This document shows, in pieces, positions 50,835-63,977 of a stretch of DNA of 64,000 nucleotides. The position numbers and the translations under genes were made by a program. Origin of the DNA: Azolla caroliniana (Eukaryota; Plantae; Polypodiophyta); NCBI GenBank assembly GCA_043228905.1, contig JBHGNT010000010.1, forward strand, positions 7,130,001-7,194,000. Direction: 5' to 3'. How positions within the stretch are numbered: position 1 is the first letter of the stretch; each line of letters opens with the position of its first letter. The notes beneath the pieces are model-generated. The model searched no databases. It saw nothing but the letters and a program-made list of their open reading frames with translations, and had not been told where the DNA came from.

Positions 50835-53800
50835 ACGCATCTTCTTTCGGCACTCTTCTTCGTGGTGGCCGAGCTTTCCGCAATATCCGCATTCGGTTGC
50901 GTTTTGATGGCTCGGGCCGGAGTGGAAGCTCCCCCTTCTTGCGAAGGTTCCTCGTTGGCCTCCGTTTTGCGGCCGAAATTGGGAGTTGATGTCGTAGGTC
51001 GGACCTCGTCCGCCTTGTCCTTGGCCAAATCGGCCTCTCGCTCGTCCGCGTCCTCTTCCTCCATTAGAGTGCGTGTAGAGCATGTGGCCTTCCGACTCAT
51101 TGCTCCTTGTACGCACGTGGTTTTCTTCGACCAATAGCATTGATTGGAGCTCGAAGAAGGAGGGAGATTTCTCCCGTGCTAGAACGGTGGTTCGCATCGC
51201 CCCGAACCGTGGTGCAAGGCCGCCGAGGCATATTTGCACCATCTCATCATCATCTATACTTACGCTTATTGAGCCGAGCGAGTCGCAAAGCTCCTTGATC
51301 TTCAAGGTGTATGTCGTGATGGACATGTCCCTTTGTTGAATGTTGTTCAACTCTTGGCGGAGTTGAAGCTTCCTCACAGTCGTGTTGGCAGCGAAAATCT
51401 TTCGTAGATTTTCCCACGCTTCCTTCGGCGTCTTGGCTTCTCGAATGTAACTGAGCATGTGGTCGTGAACACATGTCGCCAAACAATACATCACGCGGCT
51501 TGCGGCTTGCTCCCATGTCGCGTATCCGGGAGCCGCTTCGGCGGGTCGGTCTTCATGCGCTCCTTTGATGTAGCTCCAATAGCCTTGTCCGACAAGGTAT
51601 TGGTGCATCTTGTACTCCCAAGATGCGAAGTTGTTTCAATCCAACTTCTCGGTAGGGAGAGCGCTCCCCATTTGAGTATTCATTATGTCGATTCTTCTTC
51701 TTCTTCTTCTCTCTTCGAATGCGAGCTATGTAGCGACGCTACGATAGCTATGAGCCGGTTCTTGGTCGTCGGCGTAGAGCACAACACACGATCACGATGA
51801 GGCGAATGGGCTAGATCGAGCTACCAAATCGCTCTGATACCATGTAAAGAATCAAGAGATGGATTCTTGTGAAGCGGAAGAGATGTGAGTTATGTGCGTG
51901 TGTAAGAGAGAGAGAGTGTGTGTGTGAGTGAGTGAAACACAGAGAATATGCAAGGTAAAAGTATATTAGCAAAGGAGAAAGACTCAACATTATACAAGGT
52001 GGGAGGAGGGTGCTTTATGTAGTCACCCTCTCTCTTCATTAACTACAAGCCTCATGGAGCATGGGGAATGTGAAAGCTCATAAGTTATGTGTCATAGAAT
52101 ATGAATCTATGACTCATACTAAATGCTAGAATACAAAGTGGTGACATAATGGTGACTCTTGACCATTGGAGTGTCTCTTCACTCTCAAGGTGAGTTCACA
52201 CACTAGACCAAGTTGAGCTTAATTCTCAACACATCTCCACTAATTGAGTCAAAACCATGGATTTCTTCACTTAACCAAGAATCACATATATCTTCAATTC
52301 TACTTTCCCATTTAGTGCACTATTACTAACAACAGTGCAAAATGTATCCCACGAGGCAAACAACGTGTATAATAAAAAGATACATTATAACTCATCATCA
52401 TGGTCTCAATTGCAAGCATCATGTGCCTACAACTGAGACCCTAATCCATCAAACTCAGTTAAATGGGAAGTGACACTATTAGGGTTCTTCATGCTAACAT
52501 CATAAGGCTTCCTCATCAAAGAAATTTTTGCCCATATAATTTTATTGTAGTTCACAATCTAACATTGTGCAATATACTTACTTTGTCTACCAAATGCAAT
52601 TGTACAATGGTCATTGCCATGAGATTAGGCTCTTCCTAATCATAATAAGTCATGCCATTAGGTCTCTTGGATTCCCAACCCAAGGGCATCAACTCCCTTC
52701 TTTGAATCAATGTAGCACACATTTGATTCTTCTAAAAGGCAAAGTTAGATATGTCAAACTTACGAATCTCAAGGTGATCCTTCCCATGAATCTAATAATT
52801 CGTATTGGAACTAAGCAAACCACCACATAAAGCATTCAAAACCTTAAACATTTTAGAAGTCATTGGAATGGAATGACAATTGCTTAAGCGCAACCCTAAA
52901 GTCTTAATGATCAGCTGGGACGCTAAAGACTAGCTAAATTCTAACTCAAATATGTCAAACGAGCCAATTATCTAGCCCAAGTATCACCAAGTATGTCAAA
53001 TTACATACACCAAAACACAACCTTATGTATACATATATGACCCAAGAATTGAGGGAAGCATTACTGTGCATAGTCCATGCCATAGACTTAATGCAAACTC
53101 CTATTTACTCTCTCTCCCCCAAAGTATCCCTCCCTAAACCCTAAACCCTAAACTAGTTTTGGGAAAAAAATAGAGTGTCGATATAACTAAATAGAGTGCA
53201 ATCGCCAAGCCACACATGTACAGTCCCTGAGGCTATGTGTACTTCAATCCTTCAATCTGCCCGAGGCAACCTAACCGAGGAAAGAAAGACCCAGAGAGAA
53301 AGACTCACCTACTATACACCCTGCCACATTAAATGTGGTGATTAGAGCGAATCATCAAATATAGTGATACAAAGAGTGGTAATATAGAGATTGCATCAAA
53401 GCATCAATAGAGGAAAATCCTAATTTGCATGTGTGTGTTTCACTGTGTAAAGCTTATAAGAGGCATCTACTCTATTGTATTAATTACTATTGATCAAATT
53501 ATGTTTGCACTCAATCAATGTTGTCTTCTTGTTTTATTTACCTTCCTTCAAGTGCATTCAATGTATCTCCATTCCAATGTTCCATGACACATGTGGGTTG
53601 TCACTGCTTATTCACACCCACCACAACCAAAACGGAGGAATCACCAAAGCAAAACTTATGTAACCTAACTAACCTATCAACAATGATGTTGGGGACTCAA
53701 TTTATCGAGACACACTCTTCACCAAAGCTTCATCAAAACCTAAACTAATCACTGTGATTGATGTTATGAACACACAAGATAACAAAGAGGCAAGTCCAAG

Positions 53801-54463
53801 TATTTCGAAATTATTGTTTCCTACACTACCTACACAATAGAGAGATACTAGACTGGTTTCTTTTCTACAGTAAAGTGTTATGTACAGCATATGAAAACCA
53901 TCAAATTGAGAAAGATCTATGATCATTAATGGAGAATGGAGAAGAGATTTTTAAACTACTAAATAATGGTCTCGTTGTACATAAGTTAGGGCGGACCCAA
54001 CATTCCAAAATGTTCAAGAGGCGTTGATTATGATCGACGTTGCACTCATGTTATGGATATTTATGATTTTGGAAAGTATAAAGATATGACCTTCAATCAT
54101 GGTGTCCTTTTATTATATTGCTTCTTTCTTGGGAATATATTCACTACTTCAATTTGTTTCTCAAAATCGATTCCATCGAAATAATACCGCTTGCAGTTCA
54201 ACACTCCCACTAAGATTTAACAGCATTATGAAAATAAAAGTTCTATAACACTTAAACTCAGAAGACCCTTGAATTCAATTGTACTCATGAATATTCATGT
54301 GTTGCATTATTTCTCGAAGCTATTAAAATTTAGCGGTACAATGCTCTTAAATAGAGTTATAAAACAAAGAACCCAATATGTATGTCGTTGCTTGTTCTAA
54401 GATGATCAGTACCAACTGGATAATACTATGACAACATCCGAATTGGATCTCATGCTATGAGCT

Positions 54464-57400
54464 TCAATGTAGTCTTCGCCATAAAAGCCATGCCGACCCA
54501 AGAGATAGGCCGAGATAGACCTTCCATATCCCACCATTCCCCATGAAAGATGTTGTTCCAAAGACTGAGCGACCTATTACTTTTAGAAAAAAACCTAGTT
54601 TGCAACTCCTCTTAAAAGAGGCAATCGAAAATTCCTGCCCAGAAAGAAAGAAATAAAAACCCAGACAATTTGAGTGATCAGAATTCAGCCTTGGATAATA
54701 ATAATAATGTCATGAACTTATACTATCCATCCATGTGAGATAGTCAAGGCAAGAATGATAACGACCATATACAAACAATATTCATCTCTTCATCACAAAT
54801 AATCTCACTAATAATAATAACAATAGAAATGTGATGTTTGAATATTTAAATGTTATGTTTGAGTATATGCTTAGAATTGCTTGAAGTCCTACCTTTGGGA
54901 GCTTGTCAAGGTGATTCAGATGATCGACATGAAGGATAACATTTGATAATGCTGATATCCACAATGAGGTAGGGGTGTCTGCATACACTCGCGAGACTAT
55001 ATCAAATGCTTCATGTGCCCCTTGCTCAATGGCATGTAGAATCTTTGCTTCTCGTGCTTTTCTATGCCTATCACAAAACATTGTTAACTGGTTATGAAAT
55101 AAAGTTAAAAGTGTTTTGGATACCAAATAATAAATACCATTTTTTGGTATTGCCTCTTTCAGCCCTTTGTGGTTTAGGAGAAGAGTGTCAATGTACAAAA
55201 TCTCAAACCAAAACACACATCATATGTGAAATGATCAAACAGAAATAGAAACGGGGGGGACCTGTGGTATGAAGCTGGGACGACTAGTTTTTCTTTCTCA
55301 AAAAATATACAAAACAAAAGTTTACCCTAGATAGCTCCTCATCATATGAACAGGCCAAAGATTGAAGTGGCCATGCATTGGCACAATCACATGCGGTGCC
55401 AAATCAATGAATTTCCGAGTCGTTGTAAAGTAATCCTGTAAAGAAACGAATGTGTGAGATAGATATTAATTAGATAGAAAGCAAGAATTTAAAAAAGAAA
55501 AAGGAAACAGAAGAATAAAAAATTTAATGATTTTTTAGTCGCTTGCCTCCATATTTCCTCCAGATCTCACATCTAGTACTGCACTTCCTTGTCTGCAAAA
55601 GAAAAGAAAAATGTGATTAATCCATCACCGTCAAACTCTCTAAGACAAAATAATGACATAAACAAGAAAAATGTCTTCTTTAACTGCTATGGACGTGGAC
55701 TTGGAACTAAAATTAATGGTTGTCTTCGCAAACTGTTATATTTTGCAAAACAAATATGAGGGCAGTAAGAATATGGTATCAGGTGCTTGGTGTGCTCTGG
55801 CAGACAGATGCTTGGCCCCTATCCGCAAATGGTGTAAAGGAAACTTTAGTTAATGTTGAGTCAATACTCAATCAAAGTAGATAAAATAGATGGATAAGTA
55901 GTATCACACAATCACATAAGTAGAATGAAATGCACAAAAAGAAAATAAATTACCCAAGATTGTTGTATTCATCTGATGAGATTCTACAAAAGAATTAATC
56001 AGCCATGTTGCTCTTGTATTCTCCCTCCACACACATAAGATAGATGTCCCCCCATCCCCTTCATTGATCCCCATTTTAGGGATTTATATAGGTTCGGCAA
56101 TGCTAGAAGGGGTGATCACATGATGCCACTTGGTGCTTGTAAGCTCTCACATATGCATGTATATAAAATGTACATATTGTTCCCTTATTTACGTCCTAAG
56201 TAAAGACACTTTCTTCGAATCATCCAAAAGAAATATATATGCAACTACTACTTCATTGGTAGTGATATTGTCTCCTTACAGAAGTGTGCTTCAAAAAGGT
56301 AACACAATGAAGATTTGTTATCAGAGTAATAGAAAATTTTAGTGGAGAGCATGAAACAGGAATTTTAAACAGTAAAAACCAATATCTTTTAAGGCTGTTA
56401 GAACCCAAACGAAAAAACACACAAAAACAAGTATTCAAAGAAGTTCAATTCACATTGAGGATGTCAGAACTGAAACAATGGCTAATCATTTGAGTAAATG
56501 CATAAAAAGTATTTGTACCTTTGCATTTACGTGAATATGCATAAGAATATCCTTCAAATTAATTTGCATTGGTTAAAATGGAAAGGCTTACCCTACACAA
56601 TGATCTCCTGCAATGAGAGTATGAGTTGGGACATGTAGCAATGCCATATGTCCAAGGGTATGACCCTGCAACAAAAAGTAAATAGTTAAATGATTATAAT
56701 GCAAGAGACAGGTTTGTGGTTCTAGCAATTGGGCTTGACAGGTTAGTTGTAATATCAAAGTAACTAAGAAACTTAGGAGGGATGGAAAATGCAATGTGAA
56801 TGAATGAGACTTTGACATCTTACGGCGTTAAAAACATTAATAAATGAAAATTTTGACAGCATCCCTTTTTATCTCTAATATCTATGTGAGAAAGAGTATT
56901 GTTTCGTATAAAAATGGAAGATTCATTTGTTCCGAATTCCTCTAATAAATATGCTCAATTTCATAGCATGAATATGCATAAATTACTTGACATTTGTGAA
57001 GTATATATGCTCAATTAATACTTGTCATATGTAATAATTTGCGAGATAATAAAGAGGCAAGTGTAAGCAGTTAGGAATGACAGTTTCCTACAATGACTGC
57101 CCCCTAGAGAGATATTGGATTGGTTTCTCTTCTAACTAAGAGTTATATCGAGCATATGCAAATCACCAGATTGAAAAAGACGATAGAAGATTGTACATAC
57201 AATGATTTTCCATGCAATAAAAATTCTCGTGTAGCAGGGCTTTTAGAACTACCCAATCATGATCTAATTTCACTCACTGCTGCTCCAATAACTCGAAGCT
57301 CTTGGTCACCCACAAAGATAGCTGAACCATCAACAACAGGCAAGCACTTGAATTTTCTTCCATCTGTAAGCATGAATTCAAAAGGTACTTCTGAGAAAAC

Positions 57401-60288
57401 AAAACTTTTGAGAGTTGTAAAATTCTACTTTTGAATCAGAATTGAAAATATGAGAATAATCTCAAATGCTTGGAATCAACAAAGATTTCTAAGAAATATA
57501 CAAAGTTAACACCTTGAATTTAATTCATTACGTTTACGGCATTACAAATCACCTCATCAAGATTCATAACATCTTGTAGAAATCAGCTGAAAAGAGAGCC
57601 TTCTTCTTTTTCTTCTTCTTCTAACTTAAAAACTATGTTTCGACACCGGAATATCTTCAAAGTTCCATATAAATAAAAGAGAAAAATCCAACCTTTTCCT
57701 AATCTAGACAGAGTGAACTCATGTGCAAGAATCACTGCTTCTGGGTTCCATTTATGCACAGTAGGCAACCCTATACAATAAGAGAGGTTCAGTCAGATCT
57801 TAGAACAGAGGCGATCCAGATTCAGCTACACAATAAATAAATAAAATAATGCACACTGTCTCAACTCAGGTTAGTATTATAAAAACAATTCTTTATTATC
57901 TACTTCGGAAGATGAAGCAGGATTTGTGAATAGAGAGCTTCTCACCTTCTATATGGTCAAAGTGATGGTGTGTAAGGAAGATCAGTAACCTTCTGGGCAA
58001 TGCATTCACAACAGCAGATAACTGATCTGTTACCATCAATATGCAAAATTCATTTATTAACCTCTTAATCTAAACATAAAGTTATAGCATCTAATTTTTT
58101 CTACATAAGTGAAAGAGATTTGCCTTTTTTTTAAAATGAATCATAACCGAGGATGACTGTTCAATGCAAATGCGCTAAGAAATAGATCAAAGTTTCAGAA
58201 AGCAAATCAGCATTGCAGTAGTACATGGTGAAAAACTTCAATAATTAAACACTAATATGTGATTACACCACCTACAAAATAAATTCAATACTTGTAACTA
58301 AAGGAACTCTTTTCAGTGAAGGCACTTGAAACGTATGATCGATAAATATTGAGCAAATTCTTGACTTTTAAAAGCCTCCAGAAAAAGAATTATAAGTGTA
58401 TCAAAGGGTGAAGTTAATCAAGAGCAAAAACTACAAATAAGGATCAACCCAAAAACCGCAATAAAAATTAGCATTTAACCTTGTGCTTCGATGGGATGAC
58501 AAGCAGGATCCACTATTAAAGCCTCTCCAGTTATTAGTGAACCAGTATTGTCGTGGGGTGTAGCAATACATGAAAAGACAACAAGATTGGTCTTTGAGAA
58601 AGGATTTCTTGTTGAGCTAGCTAAGGGAACTAACAAGAGCCCAGGTGGATATTCCTATTAAAGCACACAAATTATCAAAAAATGAGAATAAAAATTAGAA
58701 TTCATATAAAATAACATGACACACAACAAAAAGAAACCCTAGAAGAAGCTGAGAATGTTTTCAAGCTCGATGATTTAGACTGATAGATATAAACCATGCT
58801 TATCTAATAAATAAAGGTAGAAAAAATCTTAGATACAATGAGATGAATAAAAACATTTATGGGAAGATGCAATGTTTCTACCTGAGCTTTCATCGTAAGG
58901 CTCAATTTATGTTGTAAACCTTCCGGAAAATGTGGAGAAAAGCTATAACTAGCTAAAGGTCCAATTCGGATCGAATCCCCTGGACCTCCTGTCAAAATTC
59001 TCCATGCATCTTCTGAAGTCAACCACTTTCCTGTTGACAAAAGTTCTCATATACACAAGTCAGATTACGATATGGAATCAACAACAACAACAATAATAAT
59101 AAAATTGACTATGTTAAGAATCTAAAATGGATACAATAGTAACAAACAATTGGAATGTGTTCAGAGTCTACATAGGGAATTAACAAAAACTGAACTGAGC
59201 AATAAATATTGGAAACTTTTATCACCAAAACTATATTACCTATTCTTGGTGGTAGTTCTTCCTCGAGATGCAGTTCTGACATAAAAATAATTGTTTGACA
59301 TTGTGGTCCTGGCCCATAATCAGGTTCTTCCACATATTTCCAGTATATCCAAGGTTCCATATATTCCCATATTGCACCTAGCTTTTCCTTCAGCTAATAA
59401 GGAATAAGATAAAAAAAAATCAAACATGGGGACCCAAAGCCCTTCAATCCAATTGTCAATCAATGAGACCCAAAGCACTTCAAATTGCGTATCAATTGTC
59501 TCAGCTCTTGATATGTGAATTCCTCATAGAATATATGCCAATGCCAATGCCAATGAGAATATGGATTTAGTTAAGTTTGCAGTCATTATATTCTTACTTT
59601 AAGATATGCATTTATTTTTAACACTCGTTTCATTTAGGGGGAGTGACTTTGACTTATCTATTTTCTATTGGGAACCCCAAAAACAAGCAAAGTAGAACAT
59701 TTAAAATTCGTAAATGTGTATGTAAATATCTACAGATATACGTAGATACTTGCTGATGTATGTATGTATGTATGTAGATACATACATATGCACATGTATG
59801 TATGAACATATGCACGTACGGATGTATGTGTGTAGATAATGATGTGCACCATGGACTAATTGCGAAGAGTTAAATTTCAATAATATGAATTGCCCGTGGA
59901 GCATTGGCGATTAGGTACAACAACTATGATGGATCATTAATGAATGACTGAAGATGGATAGATACATAGCAGCCGTCTGTACCTGGCGAATGGAATGATG
60001 GGTGTCAAGGTGACTGATGCCTATGTTATGAAGAGCTGATTGGACATTGGAAGAGACAGAGCATGAATCAACATCAGAGATCTGATCCTTCTTTTCCTGA
60101 TCAGCATGAGAAGGGGGTAGAGAAGCCCAAGGAAGGTCCCAAAGAGGGATGTCTTCTTTTTCAGTGTCATCCTCCTCATCAGCAGTAGATGATAGTAAAG
60201 GCGAAGATAATGGGGGAGGGGTGGGGACGAGTAGCAGAGTGAAGTGGTGAGCAGCCTTGAGCTTGAGTAAGAGGCCGATCCGATACAT
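54464..60288 (-). CDS. Metallo-beta-lactamase-fold protein, LACTB2-like (plant At1g25375 type); 12 exons, 534 aa
   Basis: Exons 60288-59983, 59393-59240, 59030-58882, 58654-58480, 58026-57946, 57770-57693, 57363-57278, 56665-56592, 55592-55547, 55435-55326, 55067-54893, 54634-54464. All phases are compatible. Motifs LIVDP, THHHFDH, GHT, AGDHCVG, PMHG. Confidence 0.9.
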
Positions 60289-60293
60289 TGTTC

Positions 60294-60329
<36 letters not shown>

Positions 60330-61894
60330 AAGAGAGAGAGAGATGAACGTTCCAAACAGGGCACCTTGGTCCTTCTGCAGTAAAAAGCAGCCACACATAC
60401 AGACAGAAACAGAGAACCCAATGGAGACCAACCAGAGAAGGTCATGGGTTCAAACCCTACATTCCACAAGTGGCATCTAGTAAATTAAGAGATATCTATG
60501 AATAATGGAAGTAATAGAGAAGTATTTGAGAGGTGAGAAAATAATGAACTAGAAACCTATTAGGTCTTTGTTGCAAGAAATGCCAATCTTGCAATGAATC
60601 TGATAAACAATATTCGATTGCGGGTTCATTGGACATTTGCAAATAAGAAAAGCCTTGCCAAATGTAAAATCAATTGACGTTTATTGTAAACTAATTACAA
60701 AGCATGCATGGATGATAGAGCAAGTACAGAATAAAAATTCACAATGTCCAATAGTTGGTGGCAGATTGTGGTGCAATTGGGGTTGTGGTATCATCTTCAT
60801 TTCAAAGTTTTGAGGCATTCAGGACCATGGATTACTTCCACCAAAGAAACGTCACTATTGGAAAGTAAGTGTTTGCACAATTTCAAAGGAATATAATCAA
60901 CATTGGTTTATCATTTTCATTGACAAGTAATAATGTCCATTTCATAAAGTTTATGTGCAATATGGGCTTCTTTAGCTAAATGTCAAAATCACTTTCCAAT
61001 GGGTATCTCCTCAAGTGGAGTTAGAAATGCTTTCTCCACACTTTCTGGTTTCACTCTCAAGTTCTTAAAGTGTTGGAGAATATGGCATAATTGTTGTTTG
61101 AAGAATGCCTTCCACATTGATGCTTACTATGGGAATTAGAGACAAATTTCAGAGACATCAGGGAAGCCATATGGGAACATAATTTCATATATGAACCAAC
61201 AGAAAACTATTGCTTCAAACCATCCATGATAAATCATTAGAGTACTATCACTTGAATCCCAGCAGGCCACAATCATACATTAATTCATGAATTTTACATC
61301 ATTGCCAACATAAGGAAACACTTCGTTAACAAATTAAAGCTTTCGTAATAGCAATTTGCAACCACTTAAAAAAAGGAATAACAATTTCAACATAGCTCTC
61401 AATGATTACAGAAAAATGACAGATTTTAAAGAGGATCTTTAAATAAAGAGGATTTGTCCCAATAGCCCATAATAGTTTGTCATGTCTTACACAATTTAGT
61501 GTCCATTGCAAATTCCATTGAAACAATCTGACCTTTACCAGTAAGCCTCATTTTATCAAATCATATAATGCAACAATGGACAACAAACCCTGACTAGAAA
61601 TTGCAAAATCGCGACTGCTTTACTCTGTGTCAATAGAAAATCTTTGCTAAATGGTAACCATATACTTAATACTTGATGATTCACAATTATGGTCATCAAT
61701 CCAATGCTCGCAAACTCATTTAGAAACATTAGGAAACCCCGAGATACTGGAAACAATTCAAAAGGAGCAGTAACAGTCTCTTCCTCTGTTCTCTCCAAAT
61801 GATTTTCAATACTTAGATCAAAGATATGGAGAACAATAAAAAAAGATCATGCTAGCAGCATTCCATAAGCAAGATCTCATTGACTGAAATCCCA

Positions 61895-63906
61895 TTAGAT
61901 TTCAAGATATTCGATTACATGGTCACTGTTTGCATGAGGGGCATTTGGCTCAGGTAAACCACTGTTTTCCCGGATATGTTCTAATACACCCACTAATGAG
62001 GCACATTTATGTCCTACCTCTACAAGTCCTTTCACAGAAAGTTGCATTGATCGAAGCTTCTTATGAACATCATTTGAAAGAACAAGTCTCATCATATGGA
62101 CATCCAAAAGAACAGAAATCCATCGGAGAACATCCGACATAGATGGAATCCACAATTCTTTCTTCATCACTGATGAAGAGAACATAGACCCGTGCCTAGA
62201 ATAATATTTTTCTAACCATTTCTCAAGGTAATGGAGAAGCTTGTGCACCTCAGCGCCCTCAAGATGAGTAAAAAAGGAGGTTAGAACAGCCTCATCATGC
62301 CCAAATGCGAGCAAGTTATGCAAGCAAAGCTCAAAAGGCTGGAAGTGATCCACTGCTAAACATAGTAAAATGGCTCGTTCAATGTCATCCTTATCCATGT
62401 CAAATTTCATTCCATTTCCTTTTATACCCACATCAACAGAACAAATTTTATTCTCATTTCTGTCCTCCACTATGCCTTTCTCTGAAAGCCTTGAGATAGC
62501 AACAACAGCCCTTTGTCTCCATTGATTCCGAACAACGGTGAGGCTCTTTCCTGATCTAACAGAGATTTTCAATATATATTTGAGCATAAGCAATGTATCA
62601 GAGAACCGTGGGTCAGCCACGTTTCTCATGTACAAGCAAAGGAGAAAAACGTCACCATGTTTAATCAGTTTTGCAACGAAATCAGGGTAAGTATTTCCAT
62701 GAATCGAGTGCGACTCGAGCATGCTTTTCACTGCATCCCAATTCCTGCAAGAAATGCAAGCTCTCAGGATCGAGCTAACAAGCTTCTGTCCAGACCTTGG
62801 GCAATATTGTTTGAGAAGCTTTGGAAATGATAAACTTCTATTCTCACTTTTCACTGCATTTTTCTTCAAAATCTCCTCCTCGCTCTTTGCCTCACATTCC
62901 TTCTCTTCACTGTTCTTCACGCTTTCGTTCTCCTTATTTGTCTTTACACCTGCCTTACCTGAGTCAAGAACTTTAGGATTAGTTGGGCAATATTGTTTGA
63001 AAAGCTTCAGAAATTATAAAGTTCTATTGGGCAATATTGTTCGAAAAGCTTCAGAAATTATAAAGTTCTATTCTCACCTTTCACCGTGTGTTTCTTCACA
63101 ATCTCCTCCTCACTCTTTGCCTCACATTCCTTCTCTTCACTGTTCTTCACGCATTCAATTTCCTTATTTTTCTTTACATTTGTCTTACCTGAGTCAAGAA
63201 CTTTAGGGTTAGTTGGGCAATATTGTTTCAGAAGCCCCGGAAATAATAAAGTTCTATTCTCACTTTTCACCGCATGGTTCTTCACAATCTCCTCCTCCTC
63301 GCATTCCTTCTCTTGCCTTCTCTTCTCTTCACTGTTCTTCACGCTTTCGGCCTCCTTATTTTTCTTTACACTTGCCTTACCTGAGTCAAGAACTTTAGAT
63401 TTAGTTGGGCAATTTTGTTTGAGAAGCTTTGGAAATGATAAACTTCTATTCTCACTTTTCACTGCATTCTTCTTCAAAATCTCCTCCTCGCTCTTTGCCT
63501 CACACTCCTTCTCTTCACTGTTCTTCACGCTTTCGGTCTCCTTATTTTTCTTTACACTTGACTTACCTGAGTCATGAACTTTAGGGTTAGGGTTGAGTAC
63601 CTGTTCGAAGTAAGATCTGAGGAGGCGGTCCATGGCATCTGTGGAAGGATTGTCGTCGTCTGAGAGCTTGTCCAGCTGGGAAGAGAGAGCTTCTTCTGAA
63701 TCGATACGCACCTTGATGGTGTGGAGAGCGGAGGAAGGTACGGGTCGCCATCGAAGGAAGTCGCCATTAGGAGGAGAAGGAGGAGTTGAGTCCTCTTCTA
63801 CCGTATGGACAGGGAGCCACAGAGGCTCGAGGGAGCAGATGGAAGCCTCTTGACCGTCTGCAGGGCCTAAGCTCTGGGCTTTCTTCACCAGGTCGAGGAG
63901 GGCCAT
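61895..63906 (-). CDS. NOL11/Utp8-like nucleolar protein; ORF interrupted within a tandem repeat (467 aa if 63566-62959 is spliced out)
   Basis: C-terminal IPSMSDVLRWISVLLDVHMMRLVL resembles the NOL11 C-terminal motif (recalled, not searched). Two ORFs, 63058-63906 and 61895-62958, can be joined in frame by GT-AG splicing. Confidence 0.65.
62800..63590 (-). repeat. Four ~186-bp (62-codon) exonic tandem units plus a nested 44-bp duplication
   Basis: The PKVLDSGK...KNSEEKE...ENR...LLKQYCP unit recurs at spacings of 186, 192 and 230 bp. Confidence 0.95.
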
Positions 63907-63929
63907 ATGGAGAACAGAGGAGCAGAGTG

Positions 63930-63977
63930 AGGGTTAGGGTTAGGGTTCTGAGCAGAGTGAGGTTTAGGGTTAGGGTT
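63930..63977 (-). promoter_or_regulatory. Telo-box cluster (AAACCCTAA/AACCCT) in the 5'UTR of the NOL11-like gene
   Basis: GGGTTAGGGTTAGGGTT and GGTTTAGGGTTAGGG lie within ~70 bp of the ATG. Telo-boxes are typical of plant ribosome-biogenesis genes. Confidence 0.7.

Larger units (their letters stand above)
45285..52231 (-). mobile_element. Ty1/copia element I (full length, degenerate; sister family of A/B/D/F)
   Basis: LTRs 45285-45669 and 51843-52231, perfect TSD CATCT, PBS 51831-51842, PPT 45670-45680, gag ATG at 51671, all pol domains present. Confidence 0.96.
44970..52900 (-). mobile_element. Very old copia gag remnant hosting element I (44970-45284 and 52232-~52900)
   Basis: Zinc-knuckle relic CHYCHRKRHFQKDC at ~45138-45180. 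The rest is heavily decayed. Confidence 0.45.

Noticed and set aside
53132-53152. Interstitial telomere
   Set aside because: Only 2-3 CCCTAAA units, which is a common short motif.
60436-60462. B-box-like AAGGTCATGGGTTCAAACCC (SINE or tRNA relic)
   Set aside because: There is no convincing A box, and it overlaps a telo-box-like AAACCCTA in a gene leader, so it may be chance.
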